This document shows positions 1 through 11,800 of a stretch of 64,000 nt of DNA, one piece after another. The stretch is from assembly GCA_965112155.1 (NCBI GenBank), contig OZ218098.1. One strand, written 5' to 3'. Numbering within the stretch: position 1 is the stretch's first letter; every line of letters begins with the position of its first letter. The notes below the pieces were generated by a model. That model saw only the letters and a list, made by a program, of their open reading frames with translations. It was not told where the DNA came from and did no database searches. Source of the stretch: Podarcis liolepis (lineage: Eukaryota). The position numbers and the translations under genes are program-made.

Positions 1-879
1 AAATATATTCGATTTTTTAAATCTGACATTTCATGTACATTTTAATTTTTTTAAAAAAGTTAGGCAGCAAATGAAATGATGCATTAAACAGATTGAAAAG
101 TAGCATAGAGCGCCATATCTCTGGAATACATATTCATTTCTTTTCTGCCCTGCTATGTACTCTACTCCAACTGTTTTTTGCCAAATGTGCATATACCGTA
201 TATGGTGGGCAATGATGGGTGAAGTCTCTGAAATCTCTCATCTGTACTCAATGTTATTCCACCCAAGCAAAATCATTTCCAGCTGACTGTTTGCCCCAAC
301 CTTGTTGACCTAAGTAAGGCTTGGATTCCCAATGGCTGAGCCCTTAATCCAGGCACTGGATGAAGCAAAAACCCCACAGCACAGGAAATGAACTCTTTGA
401 AGGTGTGCCTATACAGTTAAGCCTAAAGTCCAGATAGCAAAAACTTCCCTCAGAAGCCATATACTTTTAGACTGTTTCCCACATTTTCTTCACTATTATC
501 ACAGCTATCCAGAAGGAGGAAGGGTCCAGATTAGGCAGATTAAAACAGATTGTGTTGCAGAATCCTGCTGTACAGAAGTTCATTCTTTTCATATGTTTTC
601 CCTTAACTATTGTGATGGCCAGAATGTAGGCAGAAAGTTTTTTGATTTTAAACAGAAAGAAAACATTTAAGTGTATATAAGCCAACTGTATCCTTTAGGT
701 TTCATGCTAAAGAAACATCAAGATACTAGTCTGAATTTTTAGTCAGAACTGTTTGGGTTCCTTAGTTAGCATTTCCAACTTGCCCTTTTAATCTTGTGGC
801 TCGTTCTGTTTTTGTTACACTGCATTTATAAATGGTTGTCACACTTTCTGCACTCCACACCCTTGGATTCGCATGATGA

Positions 880-1760
880 AGGGGTGGTTAAGAAAAATGT
901 TATGAAATAAACGGAAAAAATGCGGTCTTGAGAGAGGAATTTGAGCCACCCATGCGTTTCAAAGCAAGAGGAACTCTACCCTCTGCTCTCTCCCCCTCAC
1001 ACACCAAGTTCGAGCTCACTCCCTCGGAGATCAAAACAACATTCACCTTCGTGGGCCTCGTGCCTTCTTCTCCCCGCGCCGCCCTTTGCAAGCCTGACCC
1101 CAACCGAGGGGCCCCTTTCGGCGCTCCTGCACCGCCCACCCTCCTCCTCCTCCTCGAAGCAAAAGGCATCTCGGGCTCCCAAGACCTGCGCAAAGAGGAA
1201 GAGAAGTCTCCCATCCCTCGCACTCTCACCGAAGCCGCTTTCACTAACTTTGCGGGCCTCGCGCGCCCACATTTGCTCCCCTCCTCCTCTCTCAACTCCA
1301 GGAAGATTCAAACCCGCCCAAACCACCTTGCAAAAGCAAGCCCGCTTTCCTTGCTCCCGGCTTCAAGGCCAGAGCGCGAGGGTTGCCTTTGTTGCCGCTC
1401 CAGGTGGATGGATTCCCGCCGCCGCCCGCCTCCCCTCCCCTCTTTCTGGCCACTTCCTTGCTTTCCTTCCCTTACACGCAAGCAACCTCGTGCGCGCAGG
1501 ATCCAACAAACCCCCGGGCCCCAGAGCCGGCGCAGACCTTTTTCCTCGCGATGACGGTGGTCTTCTCTGTTCTCGGCGAGAATCCGTTTCCAGACAGCGC
1601 GGCGAGCGAGAATGCAAAGCAAGCCGCTACTACTCCGCAGACCCCTCCCAGTTCTCGGCCCCTGCGGCTAATGGAATATTTTTAACTGTTTGAATAAACT
1701 CTGATCTTTCTCTGCGACGAGTCTGGGACGCCTAGCGGGAGAAGGCGATCATTGCCGTTC
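880..1760. promoter_or_regulatory. CpG island; probable promoter/first non-coding exon of the next minus-strand gene (CD151 by synteny)
   Basis: CpG-rich block with GC boxes and an ETS-type GGAAGT; candidate minus-strand donors at 1230 (TCG|GTGAGA) and 1047 (AAG|GTGAAT). Gene identity comes only from the PNPLA2-CRACR2B-CD151 order; no coding exon is in the window. Confidence 0.65.
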
Positions 1761-3315
1761 AGTTAGGCGGGGCAGAGAAAGTTTGAATCCTAGTCCTCAA
1801 TCAGGACTAGGATTGTAGGAGCGACGATTCTGAATGGAGGCGGATTATTCCTATACTGGATTCCCCAAGGGCGTGGCCATGTCGATTATTTTTTAAATTG
1901 CTTTCTAAACCCATCTCTTTAGGGTGCATATACCCTCCCAAGGTGAGTTACAGCAACTCACATGAAACACAACATTTAAATTCTAAGATTTAAAATAGCA
2001 GTAAAAACATTAAAGCAGACCAAAAAAAATGTGGCAAAACCATAAAATCACACAAATGCTCACTGGAATTCGTGTGGAACAGAAGGGATGGTACCATTAT
2101 TTTAAATTACTAGAGGCTGCAATCCCATGCAGCTTTAAGGCACATCCAACTCTTATTGATTTTGAAGAGGTTGCACCAAGGTTGGGAAATTCTTTGATCT
2201 GCAAAATTGCGCCAGACAATCGCCATTGATTAGTAGTAAAATATGCAAGTCTTAAATCATATATTGTTTGAGGACTACAATTAACCTTCTTCCTTGTGGT
2301 GCTTCTGTTGCTGCAGGTATGTATTTTCTCAGCACATAAACCACACTATTTTGTCCATGGTAAAATGCAACTTCTGCTTCCCTTTCTATCAGGATCCTGC
2401 CCACTGTGCTAAATATGCTTACACATGTGTGTATGGTCCGGTTTGTACATTCAACAGAGTCAATTGGCAAAGCTTTTCCTGAATTGAGACACTTGCGAGT
2501 TTCTTCTATAAAGTTTCAGTCACAAAGTGGCTAACACCTTCCAAAGTTTTATACAGTACTCTTCAACCAACTACAACAAAGATTCCTGAGGCACCTTAAA
2601 ACTAGCACATTTCACATAAGCTTTCTCAAAATAGAAGAGTTTTCTCCATCAGATGTTCGAGTCAAATGGCAATGGAATGCAAAAAGTACACTCTGTAACA
2701 AGAGCTTGAGATAAGCAAATCAGGCTTCACAGCAGCAGGAGCCGAAAACCATTGTCTCGATTCAGACCCAAATTAATAGAACAGAACTTCTTGATAAGTT
2801 GTAATTCAGCAATTTCACATTGGATCCTCCTTCCAAATTTAATTTATTTGTGGGAGGCCATCTTAAGGATAGTAGCAGTGTGTCCTGACAGGTTGAAATA
2901 TTTGCCTCTGGTTTCTAAATATTGCCATTTCTGATGTCATATTTTTGTTTAGGAGACTTAGAGTGCACCTATAGTACCTTTAATGTATTTTATGTTCAAT
3001 CCCCCCCTAGAGTCTTAGGCAGAATTGTGCATAAAATGTACTTAAAATACATTTTACATATTTTTGGTACCATTTCCCCATAGACTCTAAGAAGCAAATC
3101 TATCTTAAAATATGTAAAATACACGTGCAAAAAATTCCCACTGAGAGTGACAGCACATCGTCAAGACTCCCTGTGAGATTTGCTGTTCTGATTTCAACAG
3201 GCGTTGCAGTAGGCGTCCCAAAGCAGTAGCGAGTCGCTATTTTCTTAATGTTCACATTTCTTTTTTTAAAAAAAAATCACAGTTATAATCGGAAACACCT
3301 AGAAGGCACCAGGTT

Positions 3316-3403
3316 GTTGTTGTTTAGTCGTTTAGTCGTGTCCGACTCTTCGTGACCCCATGGACCAGAGCACACCAGGCACCTCTGTCCTCCACTGCCT
3401 CCT
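3316..3403 (-). mobile_element. 5'-truncated BovB/RTE LINE 3' end
   Basis: GTTGTTGTTTAGTCGTTTAGTCGTGTCCGACTCTTCGTGACCCCATGGAC is the reversed BovB-type 3' end; 10-bp TSD GCACCAGGTT (3306-3315/3404-3413). Confidence 0.85.
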
Positions 3404-5339
3404 GCACCAGGTTAGGAAAGAATAAGCAACTAACTGTGGAAGCGCCATAATTTTGGGTGCATTAATACACATGCACATTCCAGCACTTGCTTCATTTTAG
3501 TCCTTAATCCTCTGGCTTCCAGCAACAGATGATCTACTGGTATAAGTGTGTTGTAATAAATCACTAATGACTATTGAGCCTATGTATTTGTCTCACTGAC
3601 TCCCCTACTTCAACACAGTGTCTCCTATAACAATACTGTCGGGCACTAGGCATGACGGGATGTGATAGTCATAGAAAAAACATTTCCCCTGCTAAAAGCA
3701 TCTCTTTTTAGAATTGGAAGTGAGTCATCATTTTCCTATTTAATATTGTCCAGAGGGAATGTATTTTCAGTGCATTATTGTAAATAAAGCCTGAGCGCCA
3801 AACTGGATATGACTTAAATGCCTCTGCTTGGAATGGAAAAGTTCAGTTGATCAAAATTCACTGAACTAATTCAGAAGTCTCTGAACTAAACCTGAAAGTA
3901 CTTCCCATAATTGCTAAGTGATCTAAATATGAATTACCGTAGATGCATTCTGGGGTGGAAATTAGAACATTTTTTAGTTCATTTTCCAGTTTATTCTCTC
4001 CTCCCCCTGACAGGAGGCCCAGCCTCTTAGCTTTCTTTCTTTCTTTATTTTTTAAAGGAAGTCAGTCTGATATCTGTCAGTATCTAACTGGCAACATCTA
4101 AATCTATCTATAGTGCTTAGTTTTAGTTTAATTTAAATGCCATTTCCCCACCATGTACTGTTCCCAATTTGTAATGTTGCATACACACCTTAAAATCAAC
4201 ACTTGATTTTGCAGTTATCGGTTATGAAAATGTTTTATGTGACCCAGGAGTAACGACCTTTTGTGTGCTATCAGTCCTATCATTAGGCAAATTGAAGCGA
4301 TTGCCCCAGAAAGCAGATTTTGGGTGTCACAAAAAGGGCAGAAAAAAATATTTTATTTTTTGTTATTGTGTTGTTACTCCCAGGGAAAGGCATTTGAGGG
4401 ATTTTCTTCCTCTGGTGCAAAAATATGCTGGTAAGTCTTGGGTGCTTGACTCAGGGTGAGCATGGTGCTTACTGTTCTGCCTCAGGCAGCAAAATGTCTT
4501 ACACCAGCCCTGGTTGTTAAATGTGCCATCTCTACTGACAGTGAAAGAGGAGAGATCGAATCTATGTGAGGTAATTCTTATGCTAATTGGGTGCAACACT
4601 TCCTTTTTTGGAAGCGATGAAAGAGTCAGGAGGGGTGGGGGACACATTACCTGTACTGAGAGTCACAAATTCCATTTCCCTTAGTGCCAGGCTTCCAAAC
4701 ACCTGACAGAATTATTTGAAGGGGGGGGGGACATGCCTCACCCTTGTACAGTACAGCTGCTTGACTCAGAAAGCTTTTGGTCTACCTCAGAGCTCCTTAG
4801 GAAATGTAAGAACAGCGCTGGACCAACTTCACAGGAATCTGAGTCATTTCTGAGGGAAAACTGAAACTCTTTCTTTACATGGCAAATTAAAGGAGCAGCT
4901 TCTGCTTTCACCTCCACTCCTCCCCCCCCCCACCTCCAACCTCCGCAATGCATGCAACACATTTACAAACAGGGCAGACTTGAGGAAATATCTGTCAGCC
5001 AATACTGGATAAGCAGATGCTCTTAAAACCAAGACTGAAATGTTAATAGCTAATGTTCTAAGTAACTTTCCCAAATATAAAGCTCAGCTACAAGTGATAG
5101 GGTGTTTTTTTTCAAAGAGAGCTTTCCCAGCACTTATACTCTAGGTGCATGAAATACTTCATTCTGCACTGGTTCCTGCCAGTTCATGACTGACATGGAT
5201 CAGCCTGGGCTGTGAAGATTGTATTGCTGGGATCCTCTTCTGCATTGTATTATTTATATGGTTGATTATTACAGGGATAGGAAACCTAACAAATGGGGTC
5301 CAAATGCTTCTTTATTGGACACCTGCTTCTTCAGGACAT

Positions 5340-5645
5340 GCCGCCCCCAGCTTTGCACCCCAAGTGTTCTTGCTGCCGTCCCGGACTCTGCTTTCATCAT
5401 CTGAGGCCCTTCTTCATATACCTTCGCCATATGAGGGTGGCAACATGAGAACAGGCCTTTTCTGTATTGGCTCCCCGTTTGTGGAACGCTCTCCCCAAGG
5501 TGGTTTGCCTGGCACCTTCATTATATATTTTTAAGCACCAGGCAAAAATGTTCCTCTTAAACCAGGCCTTTGGCTGATTAATATGCTACAGCCTTTTAAA
5601 TGTGTCTGTGGGAAGGGGGGGTATTGTTTTCCTGTTTTGTTTCAT
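5340..5645 (+). mobile_element. L2-like LINE 3' fragment
   Basis: AGGCCTTTTCTGT..GGCTCCCC..TGTGGAACGCTCTCCC..CAGGCCTTTGGC, the end-of-ORF2 signature (AFSV.AP.LWN.LP-like). Confidence 0.7.
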
Positions 5646-6246
5646 AATTTAATAATTAATACAATAAATGAATAAGAATGTGTCTTTAGCCTCTTATTTC
5701 TCTGGAAGGAAGACAGAGAGGATTGTGTGTAGAAACAAATTTACTGCACAAAATTAATATCTGACATTTGCTGCTCCTCCTACTTTTGCCTCTGGCCCCA
5801 CCCATCTCTGGCACGCAGCACTTGAAAGGTTGCCCAAAATGGCTGAAAAAGTCTCCCCATCCCACTTCTGGTTCTTTGCACGTATATCTTCTTTTCTCCA
5901 AGGACCTCCAAGCATGCGTGGTTCTCTCTCCTTTCTCCCTTTTATTTCCACAAAAGCCTGTGAGGGAGGGTTAGGCAAGTGACTCACCCAAGGGGGGGAA
6001 AGGCCTAACTTTCCCCGATAAAGGGTGGCATGCATTCTGGTTGCTCCCATGACCCCTCCATGCTGCTCCAGGGGGTTATGGAACCACCTGAAGAGATTTG
6101 GGGGTTCACAGAGGGAGAACGTCCCGTTGAACAGGCAGAAGGAGCCCTTGTACTAATGGGACAACGTGGCTGGGTACAACTCTTGTGCTCTCCTTCACTT
6201 GGGTAGTGAGGGTGCCATCACTGCCATTAGCCTGGGTGGGTACAAT

Positions 6247-6428
6247 CAAGGGTGCCAACTTGAATAAAATATGGGGGAGGGGCACAGGTAAGCCCCGCCC
6301 TGCGTAATCACATGACGTGAGGCACACACACGATTTGAATGGCAATGCCTATCAACTGGGGGGGCAGCCTCCTCAAATATTTTATTGGGGGGCAAAGACC
6401 CCTCGGCCCCTAGCAGTTGGCTCCCATG
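6247..6428. mobile_element. hAT-type MITE
   Basis: TIRs CAAGGGTGCCAACT / AGTTGGCTCCCATG; perfect 8-bp TSD GGTACAAT. Confidence 0.85.
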
Positions 6429-7020
6429 GGTACAATATACTAAAAAACTCTCCGTCCTTCCTTGGACACTCTAGTAGGGCCTGCTGTGTGAAGAAATTGC
6501 ACATGTATTGGGCTTTAAGCTATTTCTATGCTGCCTTGATTTTTATTTAAAAGAAGGGCAGGATAAACTTGATGCCATACATAAAATTAGGCATATTAAA
6601 ACAGGGTAGGGTGCACAGCCCACTAGATTAATCAATTAATTGTGCCCTAAATGCAGTCACATTGTAAAGTGTGTGGAGCAGCCTTCGCTAACCTGCTGTC
6701 CTGCAGCATTTTTGAACTACAACTCCCGTCAGCATCCGCCAGCACTGCTGGAGGGCCCCAGATTGGCAAAGGAATAGGCACCTGAATTTCCCTTTAAGGC
6801 CTTCACACATTCCAAATATATTATCACGCCTTTGCTGACATCTTGGATAGCTGTTGTTGTTATGACACAGCACCACCGTGTGTTCACTTGAATGAACAGC
6901 AAGTAAGGGCCTCCAATCTATAATGTATGTATATACAGCAGCATGTCAAGAACAGAAACTACCCTCAAGGGCATTTCATTCTGCTTAGGCGGGGGGGGGG
7001 GGAACCCTCTTCACTTCACC

Positions 7021-7141
7021 CATGGGCATAGGCCCTAGAAAAAGTAAAACAATAGGAATACTTAACTGACCAATCACATCAGTTCAGCCCCCCCTAACAA
7101 AGTCCTGCCCCCCTCTAACAAAAATCCTGACTATACCCATG
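7021..7141. mobile_element. hAT-type MITE
   Basis: TIRs CATGGGCATAG / CTATACCCATG; degenerate 8-bp TSD ACTTCACC/ACCCCACC. Confidence 0.7.
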
Positions 7142-7964
7142 ACCCCACCCACCCTCCAGAGAACAGTGCTGCAGCAAACAATGCATGGAAGAGCTTCCCC
7201 GTTTACACACAGCTATCTTTAAATCCAATTGGATTATTGCATGTTTATCACAATACAGCATTAATTGAAATGTTTCCAAATAACAGACAGAACTAAGGGC
7301 TGATTTTGCTAACTCTAGAGGCCCATTTTGCTTAAATCTATAGCTTCAGTCAAGCCTTGGTAGCAACTGAATTAAGTAAAATGGTATTATTCCTAGTCCA
7401 CCTGTTATGTATACATTTCCATTTCTTCACTGCTCTTTATCAGTAATATTGGGGAGCCTACTTTTATTAGCAGTCTGAGTCTTTGACCAGCTTAAACAGA
7501 TGTAACACATTTACAATACTATATGGTACGTCAGGATGGGGAGTCAGTGGCAACACAGCCAGATGGGTGGGGTATCAATAATAAAAGAAATATTTTTATT
7601 TTTACTATGTTGCTGGAGTTCCAGTTCCCATCACCTCTGACCTTTGGCCAGGCCGGCTGGGCTGGTGTTAGTTGGGGTGCAATGATGTCTGGAGGGTACT
7701 AGGTTCCCCATCAGTAGTGTATGCTTTTGTGGCCTCAAGCACCCTTCGTTGGGTGTATGAAGTGAAAACTTAGATAAATAAATGAGAAAAATGTAGGGTG
7801 GAAGTTGAACAGCAGTGAGATGCAAACCGCAGTGATAATTACAGCTTAAACACAACAGGCGCACACACAGCGGAGTGGTGATAATTACTGAGATGATTGT
7901 ATTAACACATGTAGCTGGGCAGGAAACCATTCACAATACGCAGGTATCCTATTGGTAAGCTCCC

Positions 7965-8236
7965 ACAGGAGGTAGCGATGGCTACCAACTTGGATGGCTT
8001 TAAAAAAGAATTTGGCAAATTAATAGAGAATAAGGCATCTATGGCTACTAGCCATGATGGCTAGGTTCTACCTCCACGGTCAGAGGCATTATGCCACTGC
8101 ATACCAGTTGCTGGAATCCCATGTGGGCAGGGTGCTGTTGTGCTCATGCCCTGCCTGGATGGGGGTCTGTCTAGTTGGTCACTGTGAGAACAGCATGCCT
8201 CACCAGACCTGATCCAGAAGGCTCTTCTCATGTTCC
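7965..8236 (+). mobile_element. CR1 LINE 3' fragment
   Basis: ATGGCTACCAACTTGGATGGCTTTAAAA...CTGATCCAGAAGGCTCTTCTCATGTTC, typical squamate CR1 3' end. Confidence 0.75.
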
Positions 8237-8413
8237 TGAGCTCATGACTTACGATCATCTCCAGAGGTAGCCCTGCCATGCAGGAGGGAAGTGCTTCAGG
8301 CAGAACCAGGAAGAGAAGGGAAGATGAAGGCAAGGAATTGATGCTTTTGGTGCAGTGAGACTATAGCAGAAAGCTGGTACCACTCCACTCCACTCCAGTC
8401 AAGTCATTATCAC

Positions 8414-8419
8414 TTTATT
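8414..8419 (-). terminator. Candidate polyadenylation signal (AATAAA) of the CRACR2B long form
   Basis: TTTATT on + about 360 nt after the stop; another copy lies at 8746-8751. Confidence 0.4.
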
Positions 8420-8777
8420 GTTGCACGACTCCATTGCAATAACTTACACTTGCATAACTCACATTGTTTCTGAGTGTAGTCTTGAGACTCTGTGAAGTAG
8501 CTTGAATGGTTTTATAGGCAAGCCAATAATGCTGGATCTATGAGCTGTGATTTGAAGCACTTCCCTGAAGCATTGCGGAAAAAGCAGGAGCGATTTGCAG
8601 CTGCAAAAGAGGTCATGTCACTTTGATACAGCACTCCTTTCTTTCTTTTTTTTTTTAAAAAAGATCTTTACTCTTCCTTCAGTTCAATCACAGTTATCCC
8701 TATCTTCTTGCACAGAGGCAGCCAACTCTGTGCTTTAGGCTGTTCTTTATTTTCTAACATATCCCTGAACAATTCTG

Positions 8778-8862
8778 TTACAAACAGCATCCCTTCCTCT
8801 TGTTGTACTCCTCCAGGTGCAATGCCTGCTCTCTCTGCTTGTCCTCATGTGCTGTCAACAGT
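8778..8862 (-). CDS. CRACR2B: CRACR2B coding exon 17 (hypervariable tail, prenylation motif, stop)
   Basis: [30 protein letters not shown]; ttgcag| acceptor. Confidence 0.92.
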
Positions 8863-11800
8863 CTGCAACACACACAAAATAGGAGGTCAGCACAGAAGAG
8901 AAGGAGTAAAGTAAGAGACAGGCAAATCAAATTGAGGGGGGGAGAAGCATACATTATCTCAGCATGAAAGGATGAGTACTCTAGCATCACACTGACAATC
9001 CAAAAAGCCAAACTAAGCTCACTGCTCCTTCAGAGACATCCAGTGTACCTTAAAGCATCCAAGGCAACATGATTATCAAATTCAAATCAAAGTGCATCTT
9101 TCGCAACTTATTTGGGAGCAGTTCCTCCTGAACTTAATGGGACACACTTCAGAGTGTGCATGTATTTGTTTGGACTGCACATCATCTTGAATTCAAGTAT
9201 TCTCAAACTGGCTTATGATTTAATATGTGATATCTGCTGAGAGAAACTGACCTTTCTGGGGAATCTGCAAGTTAACCCAACAGGCAGAGCTGGCTCAGCC
9301 AGTAGACAGGGTGAGGGTGCTACCTCAGGCAGCAGAAGCCCCCTGAGGCAACACTCCACTCCCCCCCCCCATGCACCCTGCCTGCCCTGCCACCTCTGCC
9401 AGCAGCAGAGAAGCGCTTCCGCCATCAGTGTCGATTTCAGACAAGTTTGAGTCCATTTCTGGCAAGATCTTGCCTGAAAACACACAAGATCTTGTGGAGT
9501 ATATAAGATCTCACACGATTTTTGGTGAGATCTCACTGAATCAGCACCAATGGTGCTGCTGCTTCTCCACTAGTGCCAGATGTGGTAGGGTACGCAGTGG
9601 CAGCAGAGTGGGCTGTGCAGGCAATGGTGGCAGCAGCCGGTATTGTGGTGGCAGTGGGAGTGGGAGTGGCAGCAGCGGCAGGGGAAGGCAGCACTTCCAA
9701 CAGGACAGATCTCCAGCATAGATCTGCTCCTGTCAGGAACTCCCAAGACAAAAACAAGAGACAGAACCTTAGCAAAGAATTAAGAACTTATGTAACCATT
9801 ACATTGGCCATAGGCCTCCCCCACAAACCTTCCATTCCCCAAACACTAAAATGAAGTGCTAACATTCTGCCTTGTGAGATTGTGGTGGTGAAGCTCTATG
9901 GCAGGAGTTGTTAACCTGAAGGCCTCTAGATGTTACTGGACCCCCAGCTCCCATTGTTCCTGACCATTGGCCATGCTGGCTGGGGCTGATGGGATCCAAC
10001 AGCATCTTGAGAGCCACATGTTCCCCAGCCCTGCTGTATGGTATCTGAGCATCTTGCAGTCTTTAATATATAATCCTACGGAGTATCCACCCTGTGATAA
10101 ATGGAGTTTAACTAACATTTGCAGTGTGGCAGTGCTGAAAGCACACAAGGCAACTGCAAAACATGGAGGAAGAAGTTATCTCCACCCACTGGACTCTTAC
10201 TGTTTAACTGGAACCAACACACTGCTATGTTTTGTCATCTGTTGCTGCTTAACCAGGACCAAGCCTAGCAACTTTGCTGCAACTGGATGAGTGGCTTCTG
10301 CTCTTTTTTTCCAGTTTCATGGGAACTGTTTGCACAGACCTTGCCATGTGCAGCATGGGCTCCTGAATGTTATAGCCAGTCCTTGCACTGCACTCATAGA
10401 AGACAGCTTTATATTCCTGCAAAAAGAGGGAAAGAAGGCAGAAAGTAACTTCAATCAACAATTGTCAGAGTCTGCCAATGGAATAACCTTTCCCCCCTTT
10501 CTTGCTATACCCATTAATATATTCAAGGTTAACCTTCCTGAACACTGAAGATACTCTGTCTTCTTAAAGGTTCCTTGCTATCTAATTTTCAATGAGGTAC
10601 CTAATTTATGTGAGTCAAAGCTCACTCACATTGAGTTCTTTTTGTTGGGGGCCATTCACAAAACCTTCAAAAGCCCAAGGTAACATTCTAAGGTTTGAAT
10701 AAGTTTACTGGAAGAATGTTTGCACAGGAATGCTTGAGGCACAGAGGTAATTCACACATATCCCTGAGCAGCATGAATTTTCCTCCAGGTCCCTACTTCT
10801 CACATACCTGATTCTCATACTGTCCTGTTATGTCTGTAAAACACATTAATTTACCTCCCAGTGTCACCAACGCTTAACCCTAACAGGTTTACTCTGAGAT
10901 TGCAAGGAGACTGGCTTATGATCGACTTTTCCCAAGGCAGATCCTCTACTTTGAAATATTCATTCACTTCCTTCTGTATAGAACCATCCTAGAAAATATT
11001 TTCATGCTCAGAACAACTCCCTTAAGTATTTCCAAATATTATCATCAGTTATGGAAGATGCCATAAAGTTTGTTAGCAGTGAAGGAGATTGGTGTAAGGA
11101 GGAAAGGGAGATACAGAGAACCAGACCTTTGCCAGCCTTTCCCCCTCAGCCCTGGGGACTTTGGGTTCCTCTTTGTCTGCTGTATCCATTTTGTTTCCAA
11201 CAAGAAATATCACTGCACCATCTTCAATTCCATCCTGAAGAAAAGAAGCCATAAGACATTGCTCAATGAAGCGTGTGCTCATAATTAAGGAGAGAGAGGC
11301 TAATTCCTACACTCAAGTATAAGGGTACTTAGAGAACACCTGACCATTTTCAGTTTAGACAATAGCTAAGCAAAGTTCTAGAACCTAGTTAAATGGTGAT
11401 CCATAAAGATTAAATAACTTACATAGTGCCTTTCATTTTGAGAAGAAATATTAAGGTGGTTCAATCCGATTTGTGCTCTTAAGGATCTGAATAATTTGCA
11501 TGTTCTGAATAAGGGACATTGGGGATAAACCTATCATATTTTTTATTTAAAGAAGAGTCAAGTTAATGCTTTGCCTCAATATTTTTTGGCATGCTTCAAC
11601 TATAATTAAAGTCAATACCTGAGTATTGTTAAGGTTAGGCTACCTGCCAAGCAGAAAAGGCTCAATTTAAGGAAAGATTATTTTGCTAGCACCCTTTTCT
11701 TTCTCGATTAGCTCTCTCCTTTACTCAGGTTAGAGCCAACAGGGATTCCTCCTACACCTTTCTCCAGGTAGACGAATAGGCTAACTGCACAGCCACACAT

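Noticed and set aside
900-1693. Overlapping long ORFs (up to 250 aa) on both strands
   Set aside because: Low-complexity Pro/Arg/Ser translations expected from a GC-rich CpG island; no recognisable domain.
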